64,000 nucleotides of DNA, from positions 22,297-86,296 of the forward strand of contig CAYQPW010000005.1 in NCBI GenBank assembly GCA_964419565.1, written 5' to 3'. Positions 29,223 through 39,349 of this stretch are shown here, piece by piece; position 1 is the stretch's first letter; the number at the start of each line of letters is the position of its first letter. Under the pieces are notes generated by a model. The model saw only the letters and a program-made list of their open reading frames with translations. It was not told where the DNA came from and did not search any database. Source of the stretch: an uncultured bacterium (GTDB lineage Bacteria; Hydrothermota; Tepidihabitantia; SM23-42). A program made the translations under genes and the position numbers.

Positions 29223-29924
29223 TTAGAATCCAAGGTCTTCAGCGACGAGCGCAACTGAAATATTTGTTTGCCACGGTCGATACTGGATGATCGAGATGAC
29301 CCGGCAGATCCGGCGTTCTGCCCGGCAATCGATACAAATACCGGTTTTTACACACGGTGTGTCAGCGCCGACCCTTTTTGCATTCATCACACCGGCAATA
29401 TCTTTACTGCGTTTAATGCCTTCATCGATCGAACGGACGATCTTATTGCTGCCGGCGACTATTATCACGTTTTTGGGACCAAAGATCATCGATGCGACCC
29501 GGTTGCCGATACCGTCGATATTAATGATATCGCCAAAAATAGTGATCGCATTGGCACTCGTTAGATAAAAATCTGCAGAACCTTCGAGTCGGCGGGCATC
29601 TTTATCAGTTTCTTCAGTAAGTTCGCTGCGCCAGTGCTGGAATATTTTATTGCCGCGTTTTTTCAAATTTTCCATGATCCCCAGCTCACGGATCGTTACT
29701 GAACCAGCGATACCGATCGTTGCTGATTTTGGTATCGTCCTGAGAAGGTATCGGTTGACCGCAGAAATATTCTTATAAGCATCGGCATTAAAAGCCCTTT
29801 CACGCAGCGCTTTAATGACCGTGTTCATTATTGATTTATCAAACCAATTCCTTATCGGTTTAAAATCCTCATTCGATATTTTCATCATCCTCCTCTTCGA
29901 ATTTACATTATAGTGGAATATCAA
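29223..29924 (-). CDS. LUD-domain protein (lactate-utilisation LutB/LutC or DUF162-like)
   Basis: The central block 'IGIAGSVTIRELGIMENL..ADFYLTSANAITIFGDIINIDGIGNRV' is the LUD-fold conserved core. Confidence 0.55.
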   Translation of the reverse strand: MIFHYNVNSKRRMMKISNEDFKPIRNWFDKSIMNTVIKALRERAFNADAYKNISAVNRYLLRTIPKSATIGIAGSVTIRELGIMENLKKRGNKIFQHWRSELTEETDKDARRLEGSADFYLTSANAITIFGDIINIDGIGNRVASMIFGPKNVIIVAGSNKIVRSIDEGIKRSKDIAGVMNAKRVGADTPCVKTGICIDCRAERRICRVISIIQYRPWQTNISVALVAEDLGF

Positions 29925-29941
29925 ATGGTGTCAATCAGCAT

Positions 29942-29973
29942 AAAAAAAAGGGGTCATGTTTTAGCATGACCCC
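29942..29973 (-). terminator. Rho-independent terminator downstream of pckG. It has a 9-bp perfect GC-rich stem GGGGTCATG/CATGACCCC followed by a U8 tract on the minus strand
   Basis: I read 'aaaaaaaaGGGGTCATGttttagCATGACCCC' directly from the sequence. Confidence 0.7.
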
Positions 29974-29993
29974 ATAGTGTATTTATGCAGTTA

Positions 29994-31874
29994 TTATGCC
30001 AGTTTATCAGGTGTTATATAGTCGCCGTGTGTTTTCTGAGCTTCGAGTAGTCTTTGTTTCTGGGCCTCGAGTGTGTCAAAGAGTTTTTTCGGTGGATCCA
30101 GAACATCGGTCTCATATATCTTTTTGATCCGTTCTATTTTTGCAAGACTTTCAGGGATGCGCACTTTAAACTGTTCGTTGTAATCTTCGAGTTTGTAGTC
30201 TTTGTCGAGAACTTGTTTGAAGAGTTTTTTCAGATCATCATACTTCGGTATTCTGCCGGTCGGCGTATCGATCGCATCGACATCGCCATTAGCCCGCAGC
30301 TCCGCCCATTTGTACCATACTTTTTTATCGGTTTTGGCATTCAGGAAATTGCCATCTTTACCTTTCAAAAAATAATTCACCGAGAAAATGAGCGGCGGTT
30401 TATTCAGACCTTTTGCAAAGTCCAGGTTAGCCTGAATATACTTGGCGATCGGGATCGAAAGAAAATCGAGATTCGACATAAGGTTGAATTTTCTCACGCC
30501 TTCTTTGCCTAAAGTTGCCGCGGTCGTTTCGGATTCCAGGGATGCACCTTTGGTAATGATACCATGCGCCCAGTCGAATGATTCTTCAATCGGTGCCCAG
30601 GTATCTGAGTCCCTGCCACCGTAGACCATACCCCCTACACCTACACCCTTGGGGTCATGGAGTGTTGGGTCAAGATTACTAAAATTGTCCAGGGAAATGG
30701 TAAAGCGTGCATTGCGATGTGATGGCGTAATTTCATTGCCGTCTTTATCTTTCTTGCCTGGCTGCCATTCACCAGAGTGATTCTGTCCTTTTGGAGGAAC
30801 TTCGCCATCTTTACCGATCCAGTAGACGTTCTTATCCGGGGTCATCAGTATGTTCGAGAAGATTATTTCGGTCGGCGTATGGAGGGCCTTCCATATCCCC
30901 GGGTCATCAGTTGAATTAATACCCATTATTATACCGAATACCCCTGATTCCACATTGACCGCACGGACTTGTCCGTCTTTTTTCCTGAGATAGGCGATAT
31001 CGTCACCGACCACGGTTTCGTTATCGAGCATCGCGGTCGAGGTTTTACCGCAGAGTGACGGGAAGGCCCCGGTAAAGTAAGTTACCCGGTTATTTGGACC
31101 GTGTACGCCCATGACGAGCATGTGCTCGGTCAGCCAACCTTCTTGCGAACCACGATTTATGGCAAGACGCATTGATAATTTTTTCAGACCGATAGTATTG
31201 CCGCCGTATTGCGTATTAGCACTGTAGACTATGTTTTCTTCAAGGTCGATATATATCCTTCGTTTGTCGAGATTCTTGCTCGTATTGCGTTCGTCTAGTT
31301 CACCGGCTGAATGGACTATCTTAAAGAACTTGGCATTTTTACCTTGCCTGACAAATTCTTCAAAACCCTGGCGATAAAGGATATCTTCGCTGTGCGCAAC
31401 GTATGCTGAATCGGTCAACTGGACAACCGGTTGTGAGAACTCCGAGTTTGTCGGACCAAGGCAGAAGAAACGCACAAAGAGCTCTTTACCTTTCATTATG
31501 TCTTTCATGATATCGTGGATCTCGACAAGACCTTGGTCGCGGTCGCCCGTTCTAATCGATTTGTCGAGTTTTTTCCCTTCGGGCATAAGAATAACAGTAT
31601 GCGCTTTATCACGCGCCTGATCATAATAATTATCAAAGTGGATCGTATGCCCCTTGGTTGCGAGGGTGATCTCTTCACCTTTATTGACCGCTGATTCCCT
31701 GACATATTTGATATCCTCTGGTCCATCAGTGCAGATAAATACTTTTTCCGGGTTACAGTGTTCAATGTATTTTGCTATGAATCCATGCAAGCTGGGATTA
31801 TCTATTCGCATCAGTTTTTCAAAGCCCTTGTTTGGTAATCTTTGTTTTAAAAAATCCTTCTTTTCGTCATCCAT
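29994..31874 (-). CDS. pckG: Phosphoenolpyruvate carboxykinase (GTP)
   Basis: It is 626 aa. The kinase-1a P-loop 'FPSLCGKTSTAM' is present, and the layout is GTP-PEPCK-like. Confidence 0.88.
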   Translation of the reverse strand: MDDEKKDFLKQRLPNKGFEKLMRIDNPSLHGFIAKYIEHCNPEKVFICTDGPEDIKYVRESAVNKGEEITLATKGHTIHFDNYYDQARDKAHTVILMPEGKKLDKSIRTGDRDQGLVEIHDIMKDIMKGKELFVRFFCLGPTNSEFSQPVVQLTDSAYVAHSEDILYRQGFEEFVRQGKNAKFFKIVHSAGELDERNTSKNLDKRRIYIDLEENIVYSANTQYGGNTIGLKKLSMRLAINRGSQEGWLTEHMLVMGVHGPNNRVTYFTGAFPSLCGKTSTAMLDNETVVGDDIAYLRKKDGQVRAVNVESGVFGIIMGINSTDDPGIWKALHTPTEIIFSNILMTPDKNVYWIGKDGEVPPKGQNHSGEWQPGKKDKDGNEITPSHRNARFTISLDNFSNLDPTLHDPKGVGVGGMVYGGRDSDTWAPIEESFDWAHGIITKGASLESETTAATLGKEGVRKFNLMSNLDFLSIPIAKYIQANLDFAKGLNKPPLIFSVNYFLKGKDGNFLNAKTDKKVWYKWAELRANGDVDAIDTPTGRIPKYDDLKKLFKQVLDKDYKLEDYNEQFKVRIPESLAKIERIKKIYETDVLDPPKKLFDTLEAQKQRLLEAQKTHGDYITPDKLA

Positions 31875-32120
31875 CTTTTTAACCTCCTTAATCTTCTTTA
31901 ATGCTGAACAAAAAATATATTAAACTCGGGATCAATTATTTGACGTTTTCGTTAATTCGAAAAGGTCTATGAATTATATTCCATTTTCTTTAAAAATCAA
32001 GCAAAATATAGTCGTAACAAAGTCGTGGATGAAATCAGGACATCATATTTAAGGCTCGAAATTTCATGCATTTCCTTGATATGTATTATTAGCTGTGTGA
32101 CATTAAAGCATCAGGTTTAG

Positions 32121-32351
32121 CTATTTTGTTTGTTTTTTCCCGGCAAAGACAAATGATTTTTGACGCATTTTTATCCATTTTATTTGATCTACACCGATGA
32201 CCTGACCGCATTTACATTTTATCACATCATTGTCGTGTATCGTATAGTCATTCGTGATACGCTGCTTCCAGCAATGCAGGATCCTTCCTTTACCGATCTT
32301 AAGATACCTGAACAATTTGCGCTTGCATTTGGCACATTTGATCGTTAACAT
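32121..32351 (-). CDS. Small zinc-ribbon protein (two CxxC pairs)
   Basis: The pairs 'CAKCKRK..' and 'CKCGQV' are present. Confidence 0.4.
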   Translation of the reverse strand: MLTIKCAKCKRKLFRYLKIGKGRILHCWKQRITNDYTIHDNDVIKCKCGQVIGVDQIKWIKMRQKSFVFAGKKQTK

Positions 32352-32367
32352 TCAAGGTATGAACAGT

Positions 32368-33486
32368 CTATTTCAATACCACGACTTTTTCAACTCTATG
32401 GTCTTTTGAATCGGATTTCAAAAAGTAGACGCCTTGTACCAGATCACCCAGATACAGTTTATTCGTATTTTGTGTTAGTCTAAATACTCTTATCATACGT
32501 CCGGTCGCATCATAGAGAGTGAGTTGTAGTGGTGGTTTCGGTATATTCACAAAAGCATGGTTTTTGATAATCGTCGATTGAAGAGAGAATCCGTTAACTA
32601 TGCCAGATAGATGTTCTTGTATGCCTATGATCTGTTCGATATGTACTGAACCTGGTGAGCCTGGCTGCGGGTTTCCATAGGCACCTGAACCTGCTGCGCC
32701 GGCCTGAACCAGTGTTGATATGCTTAGAGTATCTAAATGAGCCGTATAAAATACCTTGATACGACCGCCGCCCGCGCCGCCGCCGCCGCCAAATGATGCA
32801 TCGCCGCCATTCCCACCATTAGCCGTGATCCCGGTATGGTGAAGGGTGAGCGTATCGGCCCACACCATTATACCGCCGCCTGCGCCGCCGCCGCCTGCCT
32901 CCACTGAACCGTCATACCCCCGTTGTCCATCAGATACTATCGACGAAGAATCTATTAATATGTGTTGAGCCTTTAAATAGATCTGTGCACCGCCATTACC
33001 GCCGGCACCGTCGAGTGCACTCAGCCGGCCGCAGCCTCCACCAGACCCCAAGTCAATGATCGTATCTGCAGGGTCGCCGTAACCTACACCGCCTGAGCCG
33101 CCATAGATGTCTCCGCCCAGACCGCCATTACCTCCATATGCGCCGCCGCCGCCTGCACCGCCACTTACCCCGCCAGCACCGCCGCCACCGGGTCCATATC
33201 CCTGAGGGTGGCTGTTTAAATAGGCTCCCCGATAACCAAATTCCGAGCCGATCACCGAGGATAACTCTTCAATAATAATTACCGGTGCATTAAGATATAG
33301 TTTGCCAAACGAGTCTGCTGCTGCGCTCCATTGTCTGATCTTTAGTTTTCCGGCCCCAGATATATGGATTTTGATATTGTACTGGTGATTCCCGCAGATG
33401 ACCAGGCTGTCATTCTGTACAATAAGACTATCAGCATCCTCATAAATATAGCCGATGAGTATTGTAAATATCATTAAACCAACCAT
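32368..33486 (-). CDS. Glycine-rich T9SS-sorted secreted protein
   Basis: It contains long GGxGG runs 'GGGGAGGVSGGAGGGGAYGGNGGLGGDIYGGSGGVGYG..GGGGAGGG'. The C-terminus is 'QGVYFLKSDSKDHRVEKVVVLK'. Confidence 0.6.
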   Translation of the reverse strand: MVGLMIFTILIGYIYEDADSLIVQNDSLVICGNHQYNIKIHISGAGKLKIRQWSAAADSFGKLYLNAPVIIIEELSSVIGSEFGYRGAYLNSHPQGYGPGGGGAGGVSGGAGGGGAYGGNGGLGGDIYGGSGGVGYGDPADTIIDLGSGGGCGRLSALDGAGGNGGAQIYLKAQHILIDSSSIVSDGQRGYDGSVEAGGGGAGGGIMVWADTLTLHHTGITANGGNGGDASFGGGGGAGGGRIKVFYTAHLDTLSISTLVQAGAAGSGAYGNPQPGSPGSVHIEQIIGIQEHLSGIVNGFSLQSTIIKNHAFVNIPKPPLQLTLYDATGRMIRVFRLTQNTNKLYLGDLVQGVYFLKSDSKDHRVEKVVVLK

Positions 33487-33577
33487 CTTGCCTCCCTGAT
33501 CAATATTACCATATAAAAAAGCGATGTCAAGGGGACTATCATGTTGACAATCAGGCCTTATTAGCTATAATTGGCCT

Positions 33578-34591
33578 ATGTTCAAAGAGCTCAGCGAACT
33601 CATCGGCGTAAGCGGCGGCGAAAAAAGGATCAAGGAATTCATCAGGGGTAAGATAGAACAAGATGTCGACGACATAGTCGAAGACCCATATGGCAATCTT
33701 ATTGTCCGTAAAGGTGAGATAAAAAAGCCCCGTATACTCTTGACCGCTCATATGGATGAAGTCGGTTTCATGATCATCGGTATTGAAAAGAAGGGGTTGT
33801 TGAAATTTTCATTGATCGGTATTTTACCCCAAGTTATCCTTGCAAAAAGGGTGATTATCGGTAGTAAAGGCATTAATGGTGTGATCGGTCGAAAACCGAT
33901 ACACCAATTAAAAGATGATGAAAAAAAGAAAATGCCCAAAGTAAAAGACCTTTTCATAGATATCGGTGTTACCTCTAAAGAAGAAGCAGAAAAACTAGTT
34001 GCAATCGGTGATTTGGGCACATTTGACACAGAATACCGTGAAAATGGGGAGAATATTTACGGCAAGGCATTTGATGATCGTATCGGCTGCTATATACTTA
34101 TGAAGATACTTGAACAAACTGATCTGCCGATGTATTGTGCGTTCACTGTTCAGGAAGAGGCTGGTTTGCGCGGTGCTGGTATAGTAGCATATCGGGTATG
34201 TCCTGATATTGCATTTGCCATAGATACTACAGCCTCGGGTGAATGGCCTTCAGATAAAGATATCCCGCTATATCCTGAGATCGGTAAGGGACCGGTAATA
34301 ACTATTGCAGACCGTTCGATCATATGCGATAAACAGCTCGTATCTCTGATAATAAATACTGCAAAGGAGCATGATATACCGTACCAGCTCAAAAAACCGA
34401 TGATCGGAGGTACGGATGCAGGCCCGATTCATCTCAGTCGAGCCGGTGTACGCACCGCTGCTATTCAGACGCCAGCCCGATATATACATTCTCCGTTGTC
34501 GATCGTATCAAAAAGGGATGTTGAATACGGCGTCAGACTGCTGACGCTCAGTATTGAAAAGGTTTACAAGGAGAAGTCTTTATGGAATTAG
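33578..34591 (+). CDS. M42-family metallo-aminopeptidase (FrvX/TET-like)
   Basis: 'LTAHMDEVGFMI', 'AFDDRIGCY' and 'TVQEEAGLRGA' are M42 signature blocks. Confidence 0.85.
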   Translation: MFKELSELIGVSGGEKRIKEFIRGKIEQDVDDIVEDPYGNLIVRKGEIKKPRILLTAHMDEVGFMIIGIEKKGLLKFSLIGILPQVILAKRVIIGSKGINGVIGRKPIHQLKDDEKKKMPKVKDLFIDIGVTSKEEAEKLVAIGDLGTFDTEYRENGENIYGKAFDDRIGCYILMKILEQTDLPMYCAFTVQEEAGLRGAGIVAYRVCPDIAFAIDTTASGEWPSDKDIPLYPEIGKGPVITIADRSIICDKQLVSLIINTAKEHDIPYQLKKPMIGGTDAGPIHLSRAGVRTAAIQTPARYIHSPLSIVSKRDVEYGVRLLTLSIEKVYKEKSLWN

Positions 34592-35601
34592 CGAGAAAGC
34601 TCTGCAACGCCTATGGACCAGCAGGACGAGAAGAAAACATTAGAAAGATAATAGAGGCTGAAATCAGTGGCCTCTGTGAGCGCACCGAAGTAGACCGTCT
34701 CGGTAATCTAATCGCCTATATTCCAGCCGGCTCCAGGAGTACAACCCGGGGTGAAAAGACCCCTAAGATAATGTTCTGTGCTCATATGGATGAGATAGGT
34801 TTGATAGTCACACACATCGATAAAAAGGGTTTCTTGAGATTTACCAATGTCGGTGGTTTATTCATGGAACGCATAATCAGTCAGCGTATTGTTTTTGAAA
34901 ACGGTACGGTCGGGATCATCGGGGTCGAGACAAAGCCCGAAACACCAAAACCACCGCGTATCGACAATTTGTTCGTCGATATCAATGTCAGGGATAAGGA
35001 AGAAGCTCAAGAAAAAGTCTGTATAGGCGACATCGCATCATTTCAGCAGACCGCAGTTATTGCGAATGAACGTATGATGTCAAAAGCACTCGATGACCGG
35101 ATCGGCTGTTATTGTCTGATCGAAACAATGAAACGCATAAAGCAGAGTCCGTGTGAGCTGTATTTTGTCTTTACTGTGCAGGAAGAAGTCGGTCTAAGAG
35201 GTGCACGGACCGGAGCATACGGTATCTCACCGGATTTTGCGATCGCCGTCGATATAACCCTTACCGGAGATACACCCGAATCACGTAGGATGGAGGTAAA
35301 ACTCGGTCATGGAACAGCGATCAAAGTCAAAGACCAGATGTTCTTGGCCAATCCAATAGTCAAGGACAAACTGGTTGCTTTTTGTGAAGAAGCGAAGATC
35401 CCCTATCAACTCGAGATACTCGAGCAGGGGACGACAGATGCAGCGGTTGTGCAGATGGTCAAAGAAGGCGTCGCGAGTGGTGTTGTATCTATCCCGACAA
35501 GGTATATCCACTCAACTAGCGAGGTCTGTGATCTTGGCGATGTCGAACATACAATAAGATTACTCGTTATGGTTTGCGAAAACGGTCTGGGTCAGATATG
35601 A
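34582..35601 (+). CDS. M42-family metallo-aminopeptidase, a tandem paralog
   Basis: 'CAHMDEIGLIV', 'ALDDRIGCY' and 'TVQEEVGLRGA' are present. Confidence 0.85.
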   Translation: MELARKLCNAYGPAGREENIRKIIEAEISGLCERTEVDRLGNLIAYIPAGSRSTTRGEKTPKIMFCAHMDEIGLIVTHIDKKGFLRFTNVGGLFMERIISQRIVFENGTVGIIGVETKPETPKPPRIDNLFVDINVRDKEEAQEKVCIGDIASFQQTAVIANERMMSKALDDRIGCYCLIETMKRIKQSPCELYFVFTVQEEVGLRGARTGAYGISPDFAIAVDITLTGDTPESRRMEVKLGHGTAIKVKDQMFLANPIVKDKLVAFCEEAKIPYQLEILEQGTTDAAVVQMVKEGVASGVVSIPTRYIHSTSEVCDLGDVEHTIRLLVMVCENGLGQI

Positions 35602-36365
35602 ACAAGGGGTACTCAGTTGTCGTTACATCGACTGAATCCGGCGGTACTAAATATTTTTTTATTTCAAAAAAATGGTTGAGAATAATAGCTGCCTCAGTTT
35701 TCGTCGTGGTTATTATTCTCAGTTATATTGTAATCAATTACTCACGGGTCTATTATCAAGCTTTGGAAACAGTCATACTAAAACGCCGAAATGCAGAGAT
35801 CGAGAAAGAGTTTGCTAAACTTCAGGAGATAAAAGAAAACCTTGAGCGGACCGAGATGCATAATAAAAGACTTAAAGTAATGCTCGGTATTGAAGAAACA
35901 CCATCTGAAGTTGAACCTGACCTCGATACAGTAAGCTATGATTACTCGAGCAAGATGGAAATGATCTCGACGAATGAGGGAAATATCCCTTCACTTTTAC
36001 CTACAACCGGTAGGATATCGCGGAGTTTCAGCCCTCAGCATAACGGCATTGATATTGCTGCAGCCCGTTTCTCGCCAGTAGTCAGTGCTGCTTCAGGTAT
36101 TGTCAAAGCCACAGGCTGGGATTCGATATTCGGGAATTACGTTATTATAGATCATACAGTGAACTACTCCACATTTTATGGACATTTGAATTCGGTCGAT
36201 GTACAGGCTAATGACCGGGTCGCAGGCGGTAAAGTCATCGGAACCATCGGTTCAACCGGGAAATCAACCTCGCCTCATTTACATTATGAAGTCAGATTTC
36301 ACGAAAAACCGGTCGATCCCGTTGGGTATTTGCCGTTCTTACTAAATTTCAAGGAGAATTTATGA
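35598..36365 (+). CDS. M23-family (LytM-domain) metallopeptidase with an N-terminal TM anchor and a coiled coil
   Basis: 'HNGIDIAA..GNYVIIDH..YGHL..TGKSTSPHLHYEVR' carries the HxxxD and HxH motifs. An ATGA overlap start is preferred (alternative ATG at 35574). Confidence 0.75.
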   Translation: MNKGYSVVVTSTESGGTKYFFISKKWLRIIAASVFVVVIILSYIVINYSRVYYQALETVILKRRNAEIEKEFAKLQEIKENLERTEMHNKRLKVMLGIEETPSEVEPDLDTVSYDYSSKMEMISTNEGNIPSLLPTTGRISRSFSPQHNGIDIAAARFSPVVSAASGIVKATGWDSIFGNYVIIDHTVNYSTFYGHLNSVDVQANDRVAGGKVIGTIGSTGKSTSPHLHYEVRFHEKPVDPVGYLPFLLNFKENL

Positions 36366-37318
36366 GGGTACTGATAACCGGGATCTCTGGTTTTGCTGGC
36401 AGCCACCTCGCCGAATATTTTTTAGACGAGGGTAAGCATGAAATTTACGGGACTATAAAGTGGCGGTCGGACAGACAAAATATAGTTGGCATTCAAGAAA
36501 AACTGAATCTTTTGGAATGTGATATAAAGGACGCTTTTGCAGTAAAGACGGTTATTGAACAGGTAAAACCTGATCAGATATTCCATCTTGCAGCACAGAG
36601 TTATGTGCCTTTTTCCTGGCGTGCTCCAAAAGAAACGCTCACGACTAATATCATAGGAGAGCTCAATATATTTGAAGCAGTAAGAGCGACAAAATTGGAC
36701 TCATATATTCATATCGCTGGTTCAAGTGAGGAATACGGGCTGGTCTATCCAGATGAAGTACCGATAAAAGAGACAAACCCTTTAAGACCGCTAAGTCCGT
36801 ATGGTGTGAGCAAGGTGACCCAGGATCTCTTGGGTTTTCAATATTTCAAGAGCTATGGAATGAACATAATCAGAACACGTGCTTTTAATCACACCGGTCC
36901 TCGTCGGGGAACAGTATTCGCGACTTCGAATTTTGCCAAACAGATTGTCGAGATCGAGAAAGGCAAGCGTGAACCCGTTATCAAAGTGGGTAATCTGGAT
37001 GCAGTACGCGATTTCTGTGACGTGCGCGATGTAGCCCGGGCTTATGCTATGTCTTTATCAAAGGGGAAGCCTGGCGAAGTTTACAATATATCATCAGGTG
37101 TCGGTGTTAAGATAAAAGAAATGCTGGATAAGCTCATTACGATCTCAAAGGTTGATCTTAAAACAGAAACTGATAAATCGCGAATGAGACCTTCTGATGT
37201 TGAATTGCTCATTGGCTCGGCAGAAAAATTCAAAAAAGCTACGGGTTGGAAGCCATCGATACCTTTTGATCAAACACTATCAGATCTGTTGGATTACTGG
37301 CGTAAAAAAATAAAGTGA
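36362..37318 (+). CDS. NAD-dependent epimerase/dehydratase (GDP-sugar reductase/epimerase-like)
   Basis: 'MRVLITGISGFAGSHL' is the Rossmann motif, and the SYK catalytic triad is in 'SPYGVSK'. Confidence 0.75.
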   Translation: MRVLITGISGFAGSHLAEYFLDEGKHEIYGTIKWRSDRQNIVGIQEKLNLLECDIKDAFAVKTVIEQVKPDQIFHLAAQSYVPFSWRAPKETLTTNIIGELNIFEAVRATKLDSYIHIAGSSEEYGLVYPDEVPIKETNPLRPLSPYGVSKVTQDLLGFQYFKSYGMNIIRTRAFNHTGPRRGTVFATSNFAKQIVEIEKGKREPVIKVGNLDAVRDFCDVRDVARAYAMSLSKGKPGEVYNISSGVGVKIKEMLDKLITISKVDLKTETDKSRMRPSDVELLIGSAEKFKKATGWKPSIPFDQTLSDLLDYWRKKIK

Positions 37319-38232
37319 AGACAATTCTTGTCACAGGCAGCGAAGGTTTTGTCGGTTCGCACCTGATAAAGGCATTGAAGGAAGGTCTTAATAGGGTCGT
37401 TGCGACCGCATATCCTTTGTTAATACCAAAAGAGGGTTCTTATGTTCCCCTTGATATTGTGAATCTTGATATGACCAAGGAGGTCCTCAAGGAGTCTCAG
37501 CCCGATATTGTTTTTCATCTTGCCGCGGTCAGCTCAGTATCAAAATCTTTTCGTGATCCCCCGCTTACCTATAATACAAATCTGATCGGGACCGTGAATC
37601 TTCTTGAAGCCGTGAAGGCCTTGAAGAAAAAAACGACTTTCATCTTTGTTTCGACGTGTGAGGTGTATGGCGGTGGCGAAAATGTCCTCGAGACAGACGA
37701 TATCAACTTAAAGAACCCCTATGCGGTTAGTAAATATGCGGCTGAATTGGCCTGTCAGAATTACGCGATAGATAATATTGGTTTTGTGATATTGCGACCA
37801 TTTACCCATACCGGGCCAGGACAATCAAGGGATTTTGTATTGCCTTCTATCGCCTCGCAGATAGTGGATATCGAGAAAGGCACTAAACCACCTTTGATCG
37901 AATTGGGCAATAGCGATGTAAAGCGGGAATTCATGAATATTCAAGACATCATTAACGGTTACAAATTGGCGATCACAAAAGCGAAGAGCGGCAATATCTA
38001 CAACATATCTTCAAATGAGGGGTACACACTTAAACAGGCTTTATCGATTTTCCAGAAATTATCACGGGTGAAATTCGAGATAAAGATAGATCCTTCAAAG
38101 ATAAGAAAAGTCGATATCCCAACATTGGTGGGTAATGGAACTAAATTTATCGAACTCACAGGGTGGAAGCCGATATTTAAGTTCGAAAAGACTCTTGAGG
38201 ATCTGCTTAATTTCTGGCGTGCAAAAACATAA
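37315..38232 (+). CDS. NAD-dependent epimerase/dehydratase
   Basis: 'ILVTGSEGFVGSHL' and 'YAVSKYAAE' (YxxxK) are present. Confidence 0.75.
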   Translation: MKTILVTGSEGFVGSHLIKALKEGLNRVVATAYPLLIPKEGSYVPLDIVNLDMTKEVLKESQPDIVFHLAAVSSVSKSFRDPPLTYNTNLIGTVNLLEAVKALKKKTTFIFVSTCEVYGGGENVLETDDINLKNPYAVSKYAAELACQNYAIDNIGFVILRPFTHTGPGQSRDFVLPSIASQIVDIEKGTKPPLIELGNSDVKREFMNIQDIINGYKLAITKAKSGNIYNISSNEGYTLKQALSIFQKLSRVKFEIKIDPSKIRKVDIPTLVGNGTKFIELTGWKPIFKFEKTLEDLLNFWRAKT

Positions 38233-38254
38233 TATACATTATTCAGACAATAAA

Positions 38255-39349
38255 ATGAATATTCTCGTTATAAACTGGCAGGATTGGGAAAATCCTTTAG
38301 CCGGTGGTGCCGAAGTCTATCTTTATGAAATTTTTTCCCGATTGATCAAACGGGGGCATACGGTGAAACTTCTCGTCAGCCGGGCACCGGGGCAGAGCGG
38401 TTATGAGATTCTTGATGGTTTCAGTATCTACAGGATTGGCCGGCGTGAGAATTTTAATTTTTTCGTACCGTGCGCACTGCGCAGTCTGCTCAGACATCAC
38501 GAGATCGATATAATTATCGACGATCTCAACAAAATACCTTTTTATTCACCTTTTTTTACACGCAAAAAAGTTATACCGATGCTCATGCATCTATTTCGCA
38601 GGACTATCTTCCGTGAGACAAATCCGATTTTTGCGAGTTATGTTTTTTTAACCGAGACTGTTATACGCTGGTTTTATCCGAGCTCCAATTTTATATCGAT
38701 ATCTGAAAGTACGGCAGAGGATCTGAGGGGACTTGGTATAGACAACAAGATAGATATCGTTCATTGCGGGATACCACAAAAACCCAGCATGTCCGGGATC
38801 GAACGTCAGAAAAATCTCGTAGCTTATGTCGGTCGAGTTAAAAAATATAAGTCGATCGACCATTTTGTCAAAGCCGTTGCAAAGATAAAAAAGCAACGGG
38901 ATATTGATGCCGTTATTGTTGGCGACGGTGATGCAAAAGGAGAACTGGAGGAGCTGTCGCAAGATCTGAAACTCGATATCAAGTTCACCGGTTTTATCAG
39001 CGAAGAAGAGAAATATAGAATATATTCAACCGCCCGTGTTGTCGTGCAGCCATCGGTCAAGGAAGGTTGGGGATTGACTGCGATTGAAGCACAGTCCTGC
39101 GGTACACCAGTGGTTTGTGCTGATTCACCCGGACTACGCGAGGTCGTAGTCGATGGCAAAGGCGGGTTTTTATACCCTTATGGCAATATCGAGAAATTTG
39201 CTGAGCGGGTAATAGAGCTGATGCATGACGATACAAAATGGGATAGATTTTCAAAGGCAGCGCAGGAGTGGGCGCAAAGATTCTCCTGGGATAATGCCGC
39301 GACAAAACTTGAAAGAATATTGCATAATACTGTTGGAGGTGATAATTAA
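38255..39349 (+). CDS. Glycosyltransferase family 4 (GT-B)
   Basis: The start is 'MNILVINWQDWENPLAGGAEVY'. The C-terminus has 'EGWGLTAIEAQSCGTPVVCADSPGLREVV'. Confidence 0.8.
   Translation: MNILVINWQDWENPLAGGAEVYLYEIFSRLIKRGHTVKLLVSRAPGQSGYEILDGFSIYRIGRRENFNFFVPCALRSLLRHHEIDIIIDDLNKIPFYSPFFTRKKVIPMLMHLFRRTIFRETNPIFASYVFLTETVIRWFYPSSNFISISESTAEDLRGLGIDNKIDIVHCGIPQKPSMSGIERQKNLVAYVGRVKKYKSIDHFVKAVAKIKKQRDIDAVIVGDGDAKGELEELSQDLKLDIKFTGFISEEEKYRIYSTARVVVQPSVKEGWGLTAIEAQSCGTPVVCADSPGLREVVVDGKGGFLYPYGNIEKFAERVIELMHDDTKWDRFSKAAQEWAQRFSWDNAATKLERILHNTVGGDN

Noticed and set aside
32740-33200. A possible CRISPR array or other non-coding repeat in the GC-rich repeat tract
   Set aside because: The repeats are in-frame glycine codons inside a long ORF with a T9SS C-terminal domain. 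There is no spacer-repeat architecture.
38135-38254. A 5' extension of the GT4 ORF (start at 38135) overlapping the upstream epimerase by ~100 nt
   Set aside because: The internal ATG at 38255 gives a canonical GT4 N-terminus ('MNILVINWQD') and removes the overlap.
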